This document shows positions 43,997 to 53,284 of a DNA stretch of 64,000 bases, piece after piece (positions within the stretch are counted from its first letter, which is position 1; each line of letters begins with the position of its first letter). The stretch spans positions 32,001-96,000 of the forward strand of contig CAWDSK010000003.1 of the NCBI GenBank assembly GCA_963804995.1, read 5' to 3'. Source of the stretch: an uncultured Acidobacteriota bacterium (GTDB taxonomy: Bacteria > Acidobacteriota > Terriglobia > UBA7540). Position numbers and translations under genes: made by a program. The notes under the pieces are model-generated. The model worked only from the letters and a program-made list of their open reading frames with translations, did no database searches and was not told the DNA's origin.

Positions 43997-45625
43997 CTAC
44001 CGCTTCTTGCCCGGCTTAGTGTGTTTCGCAGCCGCTTTTGACGGCTTGGCCGCGTGCTTTGCGGCCGGGGCTTTCGCTCCAACCGTGGCAGTTGCGGCTT
44101 TGGGCGCGCTGGTTTTGGGAGCCGATTTGGCGGCCAACGCGGGTGGCGGAACTGCCTGTGCCTCCTTGCCCTTCTTTAAAGCAGGGGCCACCGGGGCTAC
44201 AGGCGGTGCTGCCGTCCCCTTCTTGTGGGCCGCATCACGTACTGGCGGAGGCACGGCTTCCTTGGTTTTCTTGGCGGGAGGATGAACCGGGGCGGGCTCA
44301 GGCGGTGGTTCTTTAATTCCCGCCAGCGCACGTAGCTCTTTCATGAGGTGCTGGTGAGAATGGATTTTTCCATCCAATTGGCGGGCGAAGATCTGTTCCA
44401 GAATCTGGTCGAACTCCGGCCCGGCTTTCACACCCAGCGACTGTAATTCGCTGCGGGGCAGGCTGGCGCGGATCTGCGGGAATTTGAACAGATAACTCTT
44501 GATGCGATTCTGGACTTTGGCACGCGAAGAGTTGGCAAGCAAGAACAACAGCAGAGGCTGAGGCTGCGTTGAGAGCACGGTGTAGACCTGGCTGGGCAGA
44601 GCAGCTTTGGCACTACTCAAAACGCGTTCGAGCTTCCGCGCGTCGCGGTCAAAGCTGAGGACCAGCTTGATAGACTTGGCGTCTCCAATAATCTTCTTGG
44701 CTAAACGCAAGGTGTGCTCACTGCCCAAATTGTCAACCAGGCAATGGAAGTTTAGTAGAAAAGGGTCGGCGCCGGGAACGCCCTGGAGCATGCTGTGGAT
44801 GCGGGAAAAGCGGTCGTAGGGGAGGCGGGCTGTGGCAAGCTTCTTATCCAGGCCTGCCAGGAGTTTCCGCTCCGCCAGCACTTTGAGCACACGTCCGGGA
44901 TGGTCCTCGCGGAGGATAGCGCCCAACTCGCGCGCCTGCTGGTCAGGGTTGAGGCGCTCCCAGGCGCCCTCGGCGAGGGCGTTGTTAAACCAGCGCTCGG
45001 TGCGTTCTTCAGGTTTGAAATCGAGGCGGATTTCCAGGCGCAGCAAACGATAGATTCGTGAAGGGTTGTCCATGAAACTGCGAGAGTGCAGGGCGCGAAT
45101 TTCACGCCGCTCGATATCGCCCGCGCCATTCGTGGGGTCAAGCAACAGGCCGCGGGAGTTCGGGTGGAGTGAGACCGCCATGGCGTTGAGGGCGAAATCG
45201 CGCCGCTTCAAATCCTCAAACACCATCGCCGGACGCACCTCGGGGCGCTGCCCGGGACGAGGATAAGACTCCTCCCGGCACATGGCCAGTTCCGCGCGCA
45301 CCCCATTGGAGAAATGGATCTCCGCGGCGTTCAGATGCGCGTCGAAATCCTGGCGATCAATGGCCAACGGAACCTCTCCAGTCGAGCCGTGCGCCCCTTT
45401 GGGAGGACCTGCCGTGGGAATCTGGCGCAGGATCTTTTGCGGCAAGCCTTCCACGGCAAAGTTGAGGTCGCGCACGACCTGCTGACCACAGGTGAGGTCG
45501 CGAACGGCGCCCCCCACCAAGTAAAGGTTCAGTCCCTGGTTCGAGGCCAGACGACTGAGTAGACCGAGCACGGCGTACTGCTCAGGGGAGAGCCGGCTTT
45601 CCATCAGGAAGTTGTAGTCGCTCAT
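43997..45625 (-). CDS. CCA/poly(A) polymerase-family tRNA nucleotidyltransferase with Lys/Ala/Pro-rich tail
   Basis: LVGGAVRD, R.E.Y..PG..P, EDLKRRDFALNAMA, LLDP..G..D. Confidence 0.9.
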   Translation of the reverse strand: MSDYNFLMESRLSPEQYAVLGLLSRLASNQGLNLYLVGGAVRDLTCGQQVVRDLNFAVEGLPQKILRQIPTAGPPKGAHGSTGEVPLAIDRQDFDAHLNAAEIHFSNGVRAELAMCREESYPRPGQRPEVRPAMVFEDLKRRDFALNAMAVSLHPNSRGLLLDPTNGAGDIERREIRALHSRSFMDNPSRIYRLLRLEIRLDFKPEERTERWFNNALAEGAWERLNPDQQARELGAILREDHPGRVLKVLAERKLLAGLDKKLATARLPYDRFSRIHSMLQGVPGADPFLLNFHCLVDNLGSEHTLRLAKKIIGDAKSIKLVLSFDRDARKLERVLSSAKAALPSQVYTVLSTQPQPLLLFLLANSSRAKVQNRIKSYLFKFPQIRASLPRSELQSLGVKAGPEFDQILEQIFARQLDGKIHSHQHLMKELRALAGIKEPPPEPAPVHPPAKKTKEAVPPPVRDAAHKKGTAAPPVAPVAPALKKGKEAQAVPPPALAAKSAPKTSAPKAATATVGAKAPAAKHAAKPSKAAAKHTKPGKKR

Positions 45626-45654
45626 GGCGTTCGGCTTCCTCCCGGGCCCGAGGT

Positions 45655-46686
45655 TCAGGCTCGAGGATGGTGGGATTGATAAACCTGCCTCAAACGCTCC
45701 TTCAGCACGTGCGTGTAAATCTGGGTCGTGGAGATGTCGCTATGACCCAACATCAGTTGAATGGAGCGCAAGTCCGCGCCGCGCTCCAGCAGATGTGTGG
45801 CAAACGAGTGCCGGACCAGGTGGGGCGTAAGTGGGGCTGCCAACGTGGCCCGCCGTCCATACGCACCCAAAATCTTCCAGAATCCAACGCGAGAAAGCGC
45901 GCCACCCCGGTGATTCAAGAACAGCCAAGGCGTCTCACGCTTCCCCGCCAAAGGGGCGCGCCCCTCGTGAACATAGGCCTCCACAGCGTGTAGCGCGGAT
46001 TTGCCAACCGGGATCAGGCGTTCCTTGTTACCCTTCCCCAAACAACGAACAATCCCCAGGCGCGTGTCGATATCACCGGCCCGGACGTGCACGAGTTCAG
46101 AAACACGCATTCCCGTGGCGTAAAGCAATTCCAGCATGGCTTTGTCGCGAAGGCCGGAGGGCGTGGAGACGTTAGGCTGCGCGAGGAGTTGATCGACCTC
46201 TTCCGCCGTGAGGTACTTGGGGAGGGACTGCTCAAGCTTGGGCGCTTCCACCTCCGCCGTGGGGTCAGCCGTAAGGTAACCGTTGCGCACGAGGAAGCGA
46301 AATAAATTGCGCAACGAAACCAAGTGCCTGGCTACCGAACGAGCTCCCAGACCCCGCTGGTAGAGCTTGCTCAGGAACTTGCGAATATCATCGCGGTCGA
46401 CAGCCGCGATGGCCTTATTCTGGCGGTGGAGAAAATCCGAAAACTCCGTGAGGTCCCGCCGGTAGCCTGCCACGCTGTTGGCGGCCAAGCCCTTTTCGAC
46501 GCGTGCAAAATCCAGGAAGAGCTTTACCTCCGCGGCCACGGGAACAGCCGGAGGCCGCAGGGGAGCGGGAGGAATCTCGCGCAAGGGCTCACCCGCGAGC
46601 GGAAATTCGTCAGTTGGATTCAGCCGCGTAGGCGCGCGGTGGCGGTGGTCACGACTCGGCATGCTGGTCACGCTGGAACGAACCAT
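45655..46686 (-). CDS. xerD: Site-specific tyrosine recombinase XerD
   Basis: RDKAMLELLYATGMRVSEL, GKGNKER, PHLVRHSFATHLL, LGHSDISTTQIY, HPRA. Confidence 0.93.
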   Translation of the reverse strand: MVRSSVTSMPSRDHRHRAPTRLNPTDEFPLAGEPLREIPPAPLRPPAVPVAAEVKLFLDFARVEKGLAANSVAGYRRDLTEFSDFLHRQNKAIAAVDRDDIRKFLSKLYQRGLGARSVARHLVSLRNLFRFLVRNGYLTADPTAEVEAPKLEQSLPKYLTAEEVDQLLAQPNVSTPSGLRDKAMLELLYATGMRVSELVHVRAGDIDTRLGIVRCLGKGNKERLIPVGKSALHAVEAYVHEGRAPLAGKRETPWLFLNHRGGALSRVGFWKILGAYGRRATLAAPLTPHLVRHSFATHLLERGADLRSIQLMLGHSDISTTQIYTHVLKERLRQVYQSHHPRA

Positions 46687-46844
46687 TAAATTAGTGTGGC
46701 GCGAGAGTGGTCGAAGTAGGCTAAAGCATCCTCCCCGGCCGAGCGCAGGGACAAAGGACTCCCCGGTCCGAAATCTAAGCCATGTTTTTTCAGACGCTTA
46801 GGAGCATCCTTCAAAAATTTCACTCCAGCTCTTTGCCGAAATAC

Positions 46845-46872
46845 TTGACAGGTCCGACTCGCGCCCTATACT
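46845..46872 (+). promoter_or_regulatory. Sigma70-type promoter
   Basis: TTGACA-N16-TATACT upstream of the 46942 ORF. Confidence 0.6.
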
Positions 46873-46941
46873 AGCACAAGCTATTTTCGATGGCCAAGCA
46901 GCATTTCAAGAATCTCGTGGTTTGGGTGGAAAACACACCTC

Positions 46942-47478
46942 GTGAAAAGCGGCCCCTCCTCAACCCGGAAGCGTGTGGTCATTCGGAGGCTCAACAAAGG
47001 GCTCATCAAGGGCTTTATTGACCCCGGTGCCTACCTTGCACCGGAAATCGATTTGCTCGACCGCGAAGGCCGGCTGGTCCATATCCCCTTGAAGGAGATC
47101 AAGGGCATCTTCTTCGTGCGTGACTTCGAGGGCAATCCCGATCGCGCCGAACGTAAGGTCTTCCGGAGCCGCCCGCGACTCGCCGGCCTCTGGATGCGCA
47201 TGACCTTCAAGGACAGCGAAGTGCTGGAGGCCCTGCTGCCGAACAATCTCCTGGAGGTCAACGCGCTGGGCTTTCTGGTGACCCCGCCTGACGTCTACTC
47301 GAACAACCTGAAGATCTTCATCCCTCGCACCGCCCTGGCTGCCATGGAAGTGTTGGGCGTGATTTCCGACGGAGTGGTGAAGCGCATGTCCCAACGCGCT
47401 GCCCAAGCCCGGGCGGCTACGACGGCCGACCAGCAGTTCGGTCTCTTTGCGGTCGGCAATTCCCTTGAAAAAAAATGA
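46942..47478 (+). CDS. Conserved hypothetical protein
   Basis: Coding-like codon usage, own promoter; K.IFFVRDF...F.D.E..E...GF...P. Confidence 0.7.
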   Translation: MKSGPSSTRKRVVIRRLNKGLIKGFIDPGAYLAPEIDLLDREGRLVHIPLKEIKGIFFVRDFEGNPDRAERKVFRSRPRLAGLWMRMTFKDSEVLEALLPNNLLEVNALGFLVTPPDVYSNNLKIFIPRTALAAMEVLGVISDGVVKRMSQRAAQARAATTADQQFGLFAVGNSLEKK

Positions 47479-47494
47479 GAGCGTAATACTTGCC

Positions 47495-48190
47495 TCAAGC
47501 AGATGGCGCCGCGGCTTGCGTGGGGGGCAGTTCCAGGCGCTGGTGGATGGCGTAGAGGACAAGTTCCAAGCGGTCGGACACCCCCACCTTATCGTAAATT
47601 GTGCGCAAATGGTTCTTGACGGTTTGCTCAGAAATGGCGAGGTGAGTGCTGATTTCGCGGTTACGCCAGCCCTGCATCAAGTAGCTGATGATCGTCTTCT
47701 CGCGGCGTGTCAGCGTATCCACCGGGCGGCGAGGACTTCCAGGATGCGTCTCCAGAAGCTTGGCCATGCGGGAAACTTGCCGGGTGGGGATCCAGGTTTC
47801 ACCCGCTTTGACGCGCCGGGCGCATTTGACAAAAAGTGAGGGGTCAACGGTCTTGAGGATGATTCCCGCCGCACCGTTTCGCACATGCCGCAGGGAATCG
47901 TCCTCACCCGACGAGGAAACCGTAGCGATGACCTTGCACTGCCCCACCGCGTGCTGAAGCTCGGCGATCAGATTGGGTCCGGATTGAGAGAGGATTTCCT
48001 CTTGAACGAAAACCACGTCGGGGTGGAAGGACCGTGCTCTCTCCAAGAGCTGGTCCGAATTCTCAGCTTCCGCAACCACGCGCAAGTCGTCCTCGACCGC
48101 GAAGAGCTTCTTCAGACCAAGCCTGAAGATGCCTTCCCGGTCGGCCACCAAAACACGAATCCTGATTTTCGAGGCGCGGGAGGTCCGCAT
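47495..48190 (-). CDS. NarL/LuxR-family response regulator with atypical receiver
   Basis: C-terminal LTRRE...NREI...ISEQTVKNHL..IYDK HTH; N-terminal REC fold. Confidence 0.92.
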   Translation of the reverse strand: MRTSRASKIRIRVLVADREGIFRLGLKKLFAVEDDLRVVAEAENSDQLLERARSFHPDVVFVQEEILSQSGPNLIAELQHAVGQCKVIATVSSSGEDDSLRHVRNGAAGIILKTVDPSLFVKCARRVKAGETWIPTRQVSRMAKLLETHPGSPRRPVDTLTRREKTIISYLMQGWRNREISTHLAISEQTVKNHLRTIYDKVGVSDRLELVLYAIHQRLELPPTQAAAPSA

Positions 48191-48305
48191 TCTTCAACCA
48201 CGAAAGGGCCGTACATCGCTCACCTGTGCGCTATCCCAACGGATGCCGGTTGCTACCGTAGCACACCAGGAGGCGTCAGCAAGAAACCCCAGCCGACCGC
48301 ACCGG

Positions 48306-48656
48306 TCAATTACTCTCCGGCGGGCGGGAGCCAGGCCCAGACCGTGGCGCCGGGCGTAGTTCGTAATCATCGATAACGGCGCCCAGCCCCTGAACCTGCC
48401 CTCGCTGGTTCCATCGCACTACCCGTCCCGAACAGAGGAGTTCCACGGGAACCTGTGTGACCCCCTTGGGGAGCAGCACTTTAATCGTGACCGGTGTCTC
48501 CAGCCTCGGGCGGGAAGAGACTTCTATGAACAAGCCGCTACCACTAATGTTGCCGACTCTGCCTGAGGCCTGCCGGGTACTCCCCGTGCGATTCTTCCAC
48601 TGGATCTCCACGGGAAGCTCAATTGGAATACGCTCACTTCCGCGACGTTGTTGCAT
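48306..48656 (-). CDS. Single-domain PilZ protein
   Basis: RRGSER (RxxxR) and NISGSG motifs. Confidence 0.85.
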   Translation of the reverse strand: MQQRRGSERIPIELPVEIQWKNRTGSTRQASGRVGNISGSGLFIEVSSRPRLETPVTIKVLLPKGVTQVPVELLCSGRVVRWNQRGQVQGLGAVIDDYELRPAPRSGPGSRPPESN

Positions 48657-49037
48657 GCTCACCCTAGCTCCCCTGGACGGGTTCAATTCAAAGTTTAGCC
48701 TGTTTCTCGCTGCCCCGCAAGCACGGTGGTTGACGAGACGAATCACTCCTGCTTAGGTCAACTTTGACATGTACCGGGGCGGTGGGGATGGCGCTCTCCC
48801 ACCCGTTCACCCCGGCACATGCCACTACCACTTTACCCATCCCCGCCAAGCTCGGGTGAGGGTTGTTTCCAATCAGCCAAAGCCAGCCTGATACTATGTA
48901 GCCCGGCTGAGGTGTGGCCCCTCAACTAAAATCTCTGTTGGGAGGCAACGTTGTACGCACTCTACAGGACGCTCGCCTCGTTCCCAAGGTCACGGCTGTA
49001 CCAGTACTTTAGTACTAGGGGCAGCAGCGAGAAGCTA

Positions 49038-49254
49038 GTGTCCTGAGTCAGAAGTTCGCTGATTATTAGAGAACCCCCTCCCCCCGGCCCCTCTGTCGCC
49101 GCGGCGACCGAGGGGAAAGTTGAACTTACTCCCTCGCCCCTTTGGGGGAGAGGGTGGACCGCAACCGGCGCTTTCACCAGCCGGGGCGGGACGGGTGAGG
49201 GGGTCGTCCTGGAACCCATCGAGATTTTGTCAGCGAACTTCTGACTCAGGAAGC
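49038..49254. mobile_element. MITE at a CTAG target with a 22-bp perfect TIR core, carrying a palindromic repeat doublet
   Basis: CTAG at 49035 and 49254; TCCTGAGTCAGAAGTTCGCTGA / TCAGCGAACTTCTGACTCAGGA. Confidence 0.88.
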
Positions 49255-49360
49255 TAGGAGCTTGAAGCGAGAAGTGAGAAGATAGAAGTGGAAGTCAGGT
49301 GCCGGTGTCAGTTGTCGTTTTCTCCTGACTTCTGGCTTCTAACTCCTACCGGAGAACACC

Positions 49361-50383
49361 ATGAAACTCGGCGAACTCGCTAAAAGACTCGAATGCCAAC
49401 TCGAAGGACCGCCTGACCTGGAAATTACGGGCGTGGCCGGAATGGATGAGGCGAACGAAAGCGAAATCACCTTCCTCTCCAACCCCCGGTATCTTCCCAA
49501 GCTTGGAACCACGCGCGCTGCGGCCATCATCGCCGGCCCCGACGTTGATACCCGGGGAAAACCGGTGTTGCGTTCCTCCGATCCCTACCTGACTTTCGCG
49601 CGCTCTCTCGAAGTCTTCTATCCGCCCCAGCGCCCAGCCGCCGGCATTCACCCCACCGCTGTCATTGCGCCTGACTCGAGGCTGGGCCGCAATCCCTGCA
49701 TCGGCCCCTACGTGGTTATCGAAGCAGGCGCGCAACTCGGCGACGACTGCGTGCTCAAAAGTTTCGTCATGATTTACCCGGGAGTGAAAATCGGTGATCG
49801 CTTCCTGGCGCACTCGCACGCCGTGGTTCGTGAAAACGTGCGCATCGGCAACAACGTCATCCTTCAGAACGGTGTGGTGCTGGGCGGCGACGGCTTCGGC
49901 TTCGCGCCGCTGCCGGATGGCACGTTCTACAAAATCGTGCAGGCCGGCACCGTGGTCATCGAAGACGGAGTTGAAATCCAAACCCACTCTTGCATCGATC
50001 GCGCCGCAGTGGGTGAAACGCGCCTGCGCCGCGGCGTGAAGGTCGACAACCTGGTGCAGGTCGCGCACGGTTGCGACATCGGTGAAAACACCTTGCTCTG
50101 CAGTCAGGTTGGAATCGCCGGCAGCACGAAGCTCGGGCGCAATGTGATTTTGACGGGCCAGGTCGGCGTGGCGGGCCACTTGACGATTGGCGATCATGTG
50201 ATCGCCACGCCTCAGACGGGCGTGCCGAATGACGTCCGTCCTCATACCACCATCTCCGGCTCCCCTGCCGTCGATCACGAGCTGTGGCTGAAGTGCTCCG
50301 CCGCCTATCGGCGCCTGCCCGAAATCTTCGCGGCCTACCGCAAGGCGCGCACCCTTCTCGATAAGGCCGGAGAGAAACCCTAG
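49361..50383 (+). CDS. lpxD: UDP-3-O-(3-hydroxyacyl)glucosamine N-acyltransferase
   Basis: Hexapeptide repeats, GGDGFGF, IDRA, KVDNLVQVAH. Confidence 0.96.
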   Translation: MKLGELAKRLECQLEGPPDLEITGVAGMDEANESEITFLSNPRYLPKLGTTRAAAIIAGPDVDTRGKPVLRSSDPYLTFARSLEVFYPPQRPAAGIHPTAVIAPDSRLGRNPCIGPYVVIEAGAQLGDDCVLKSFVMIYPGVKIGDRFLAHSHAVVRENVRIGNNVILQNGVVLGGDGFGFAPLPDGTFYKIVQAGTVVIEDGVEIQTHSCIDRAAVGETRLRRGVKVDNLVQVAHGCDIGENTLLCSQVGIAGSTKLGRNVILTGQVGVAGHLTIGDHVIATPQTGVPNDVRPHTTISGSPAVDHELWLKCSAAYRRLPEIFAAYRKARTLLDKAGEKP

Positions 50384-51251
50384 CCCGAGGCCGAGGCTAA
50401 GGATCGGGTCATCGGGCCATCGGGCGATCGGGTGATTTGCGAGTTGCGATTGGTGATTGGCGATTTTCGAGGTCCGCATTTTAATCATTTTCAACTTGGC
50501 AACTCAGATAACCCATTTCTTTTCATAAACATCTTAGAAAGGGCCATATAACTAGCTTATTTTCAATAATATGGTAGAAAGCCATAAAACTGACATTTTT
50601 TCTATACTTGTTTTCAACAACATAGTTAAACATACCTTCATTTTTCGCCCCTTTTCTTGAACCCTCTGAGCCGCCAAATTCTGTTAACTGGCTTAATTTC
50701 AATGGTTTGAAATATCTTGAGGGGCATCGCGAATCATCCTAACTGCCTTTATTATCATCAACATATTCTGAGGAAAACCGCAAATACAGAGTCTCCAAGA
50801 CCATCATTCAAGCTCTCCTGCTCCCCATTTCCGAGCCGCGGACCGCGTGTTTCTGAAGCCGCCCTCTTCAGCTCATAGCGTTTAATCATCAGCAGCAAGT
50901 TGGTGACGCCCCGGACTTCCCGGAAGTTAGAATCCTGCATTCTGCGCATGGGCCGCGCATTGGGGTGCGTGGGCGCGATTTCCGCGGCGCGTTCGCAGGG
51001 CGACGGCCCCGCCAGGGACTCTTTCAGGATATCTTTGCGCTGCGCCTCGCAGATTTCCACCTGCCGCTTCAGGATGTTCTCCAAAAGTTGACGTGGCCGC
51101 TCGCTGCCTCCCATTCCGCCGCGGTTATGCGGGGATATCTCCTCGCCGCTTCGGGATCGTCAGCCTCCGGCTGCTTTCTTCCAAGGCCCCAAGCAACCAG
51201 TGCCTACTACCGGAGACTTAACCATGATATTAGCGTTTATTATAGGTTTAA

Positions 51252-51434
51252 TTAAAGGTCAATCTGCGTTTCGTGGTCTTTGCCGTGTCCTTCCCCGTTT
51301 CCGTGGCCGTGGCCATGGTCTTCATCGCCATCGTCGTGCCCATGACCTTTACCCTGGTTGTCAGCCAGCGCCACACTGGCAGCAAGTCCAACGAATCCGG
51401 CTCCGAATAGGTACAAGCAATCTCTGCGGTGCAT
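51252..51434 (-). CDS. Small exported His/Gly/Asp-rich peptide (or truncated gene)
   Basis: AGGAG RBS; MHRR + hydrophobic stretch + ALA; GHGHDDGDEDHGHGHG. Confidence 0.55.
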   Translation of the reverse strand: MHRRDCLYLFGAGFVGLAASVALADNQGKGHGHDDGDEDHGHGHGNGEGHGKDHETQIDL

Positions 51435-51700
51435 AGAAGTTTCTCCTGTTGACGGGCGGCTTACCTAAGCATGAGGGTTTCTCGAGCGCAACTTTGCAAT
51501 CTGTGCTATACTACTTCTGCGCTTAATACATTGGTTGTGTTGTGCGGTCCCTCTGGTTCGCTACTTGATCTGAGAACACCCGCCTTCAGTTTTCGCCTAA
51601 AGTTTCAAGCGTAATCTAAAATGAGACTGGCCTGGAAGCAGGCGCAGGCGCTCGCAAGTTTGTGTGCGCGCTACGAACCCTTCGGCCAGCAGAAAGCAGA

Positions 51701-52912
51701 ATGCAAAACTTTTCAGAACTACCCCTCTCCTCCTACATGCAGGAGAGATTAACCGCGGCGGGCTTTTCCGAGCCGACGCCGGTACAGGCCGCGGCAATCC
51801 CGCAGGCCCTCGAAGGCCATGATTTACTGGCCACCGCTCAAACCGGAACCGGGAAGACCCTGGCGTTTCTGATCCCCGTGATTGAGAAACTCCTCAAAAA
51901 AAGGACACCCGGAATCGCCGCCCTTGTGCTGGTTCCCACGCGCGAACTGGCCATGCAAGTGGTCGATGTGTACAACGTTTTACGGGGAAAATCGCTCTCC
52001 CCCGCCACACTAGTGGTGGGCGGCTTGCCTGAAGGCGCTCAGCTCAATGCCCTTCGCAAGGGAGCTCGCCTGGTCGTTGCGACTCCGGGTCGCTTGGAGG
52101 ATTTTCTTGGTCGCAGGCTCGTCCAACTGGGCGCCGTTGAGACACTTGTGCTCGATGAAGCGGACCGCATGCTGGACATGGGATTTCTTCCCGCCATTCG
52201 CAGGATTGCGTCCGTGCTGCCCAAAGAACGGCAGACGCTGTGCTTCTGTGCGACGCTGGAAGGATCGGTGGCGCACCTGGTGAAGGACTACACGCGAAAC
52301 CCGGTGCGGCTGGCCTTCGGGTCCACGCTCAAGCCTTCGGAGAATGTGCGGCTGCAGGCGTACGAAGTGGACCTCCATGGTAAACCGGAATTGCTGCACC
52401 GCTTGCTCTCCAAAGAAAGCGGCCGCTGCCTGGTATTTTCGCGCACCAAGCGCGGCGTAGAGCGGATTGCCATCAGCCTGAATCGGATGGGCATCAACGC
52501 GGCGATGATCCACGGTGACCGCACGCAACCGCAGCGCTCGGCAGCGCTTGCAGGATTTCAACAAGGACGCTACCAGGTGCTGGTGGCGACGGACGTGGCA
52601 GCGCGCGGAATTCACGTCCAGGATATCGCCCACGTCATCAACTACGATTTGCCGGATATCGCTGAGAGCTTCATCCATCGCGTGGGACGCACCGGGCGCG
52701 CCAGCAAGCGGGGCGTCGCCTCCACCCTGATCATGCAGGATCAACGCACCGAGCTGTTCCAATTGGAACGCACGCTGGGCATTCGCATGGAAAGAATGCA
52801 GGCGGATCACGACTTCGAGAGGACGGATCGGGCGGAGAGCGGCATGGGGAACGTCCCATCGCCTCTCAAGCGCAGCATCGTTCAGCTTCCGGGAGAGTTC
52901 CTGCAAGCGTAG
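51701..52912 (+). CDS. DEAD-box RNA helicase
   Basis: AQTGTGKT, PTRELA, TPGR, DEAD, ARGI, HRVGRTGR. Confidence 0.95.
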   Translation: MQNFSELPLSSYMQERLTAAGFSEPTPVQAAAIPQALEGHDLLATAQTGTGKTLAFLIPVIEKLLKKRTPGIAALVLVPTRELAMQVVDVYNVLRGKSLSPATLVVGGLPEGAQLNALRKGARLVVATPGRLEDFLGRRLVQLGAVETLVLDEADRMLDMGFLPAIRRIASVLPKERQTLCFCATLEGSVAHLVKDYTRNPVRLAFGSTLKPSENVRLQAYEVDLHGKPELLHRLLSKESGRCLVFSRTKRGVERIAISLNRMGINAAMIHGDRTQPQRSAALAGFQQGRYQVLVATDVAARGIHVQDIAHVINYDLPDIAESFIHRVGRTGRASKRGVASTLIMQDQRTELFQLERTLGIRMERMQADHDFERTDRAESGMGNVPSPLKRSIVQLPGEFLQA

Positions 52913-53284
52913 GGGAGGCGGCTTTGGGTAAGTGGTCAATTTGATGCCGTAGCGGCGAGTTTATCTCGCCAAAGGGTGGCGCAACGCCACCTCCAGATCA
53001 AATTGCACCACCGCTCGGCCTTAAGGATATCCGTCCAAAATATGGCAAGCTGGTGTAGAATAGTAATGTTCAGTTTTGGACAGTAGGTGTCGTGCGACCG
53101 GCGAGCATTGCAACCCTCAGCATCAAGACCATTACAGGCACTGTCGCCCATAGTCAACTTTGGTCGATTTCCACGAATTGTCCATCTGTTCTTATGAGAG
53201 GGACGCCTACGCCCTCTTATCTAGTAGCGTAGCGTCTTAAGAAACGGAAAGCTGATCCCAGCCGGCCGTTGAGAGGAGATAAAC

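Noticed and set aside
45455..45472. Catalytically dead CCA enzyme (DLN instead of DLD)
   Set aside because: It is a single G>A in a CTCGAC context, the same as other probable basecalling errors.
22186..50494. Long antisense ORFs (e.g. 22186-23421, 25444-26343, 49346-50494)
   Set aside because: Shadow frames of well-supported genes in GC-rich DNA.
52240..52260. DEAD helicase motif III reads CAT instead of SAT
   Set aside because: A single conservative change in an error-prone assembly; not enough to claim altered function.
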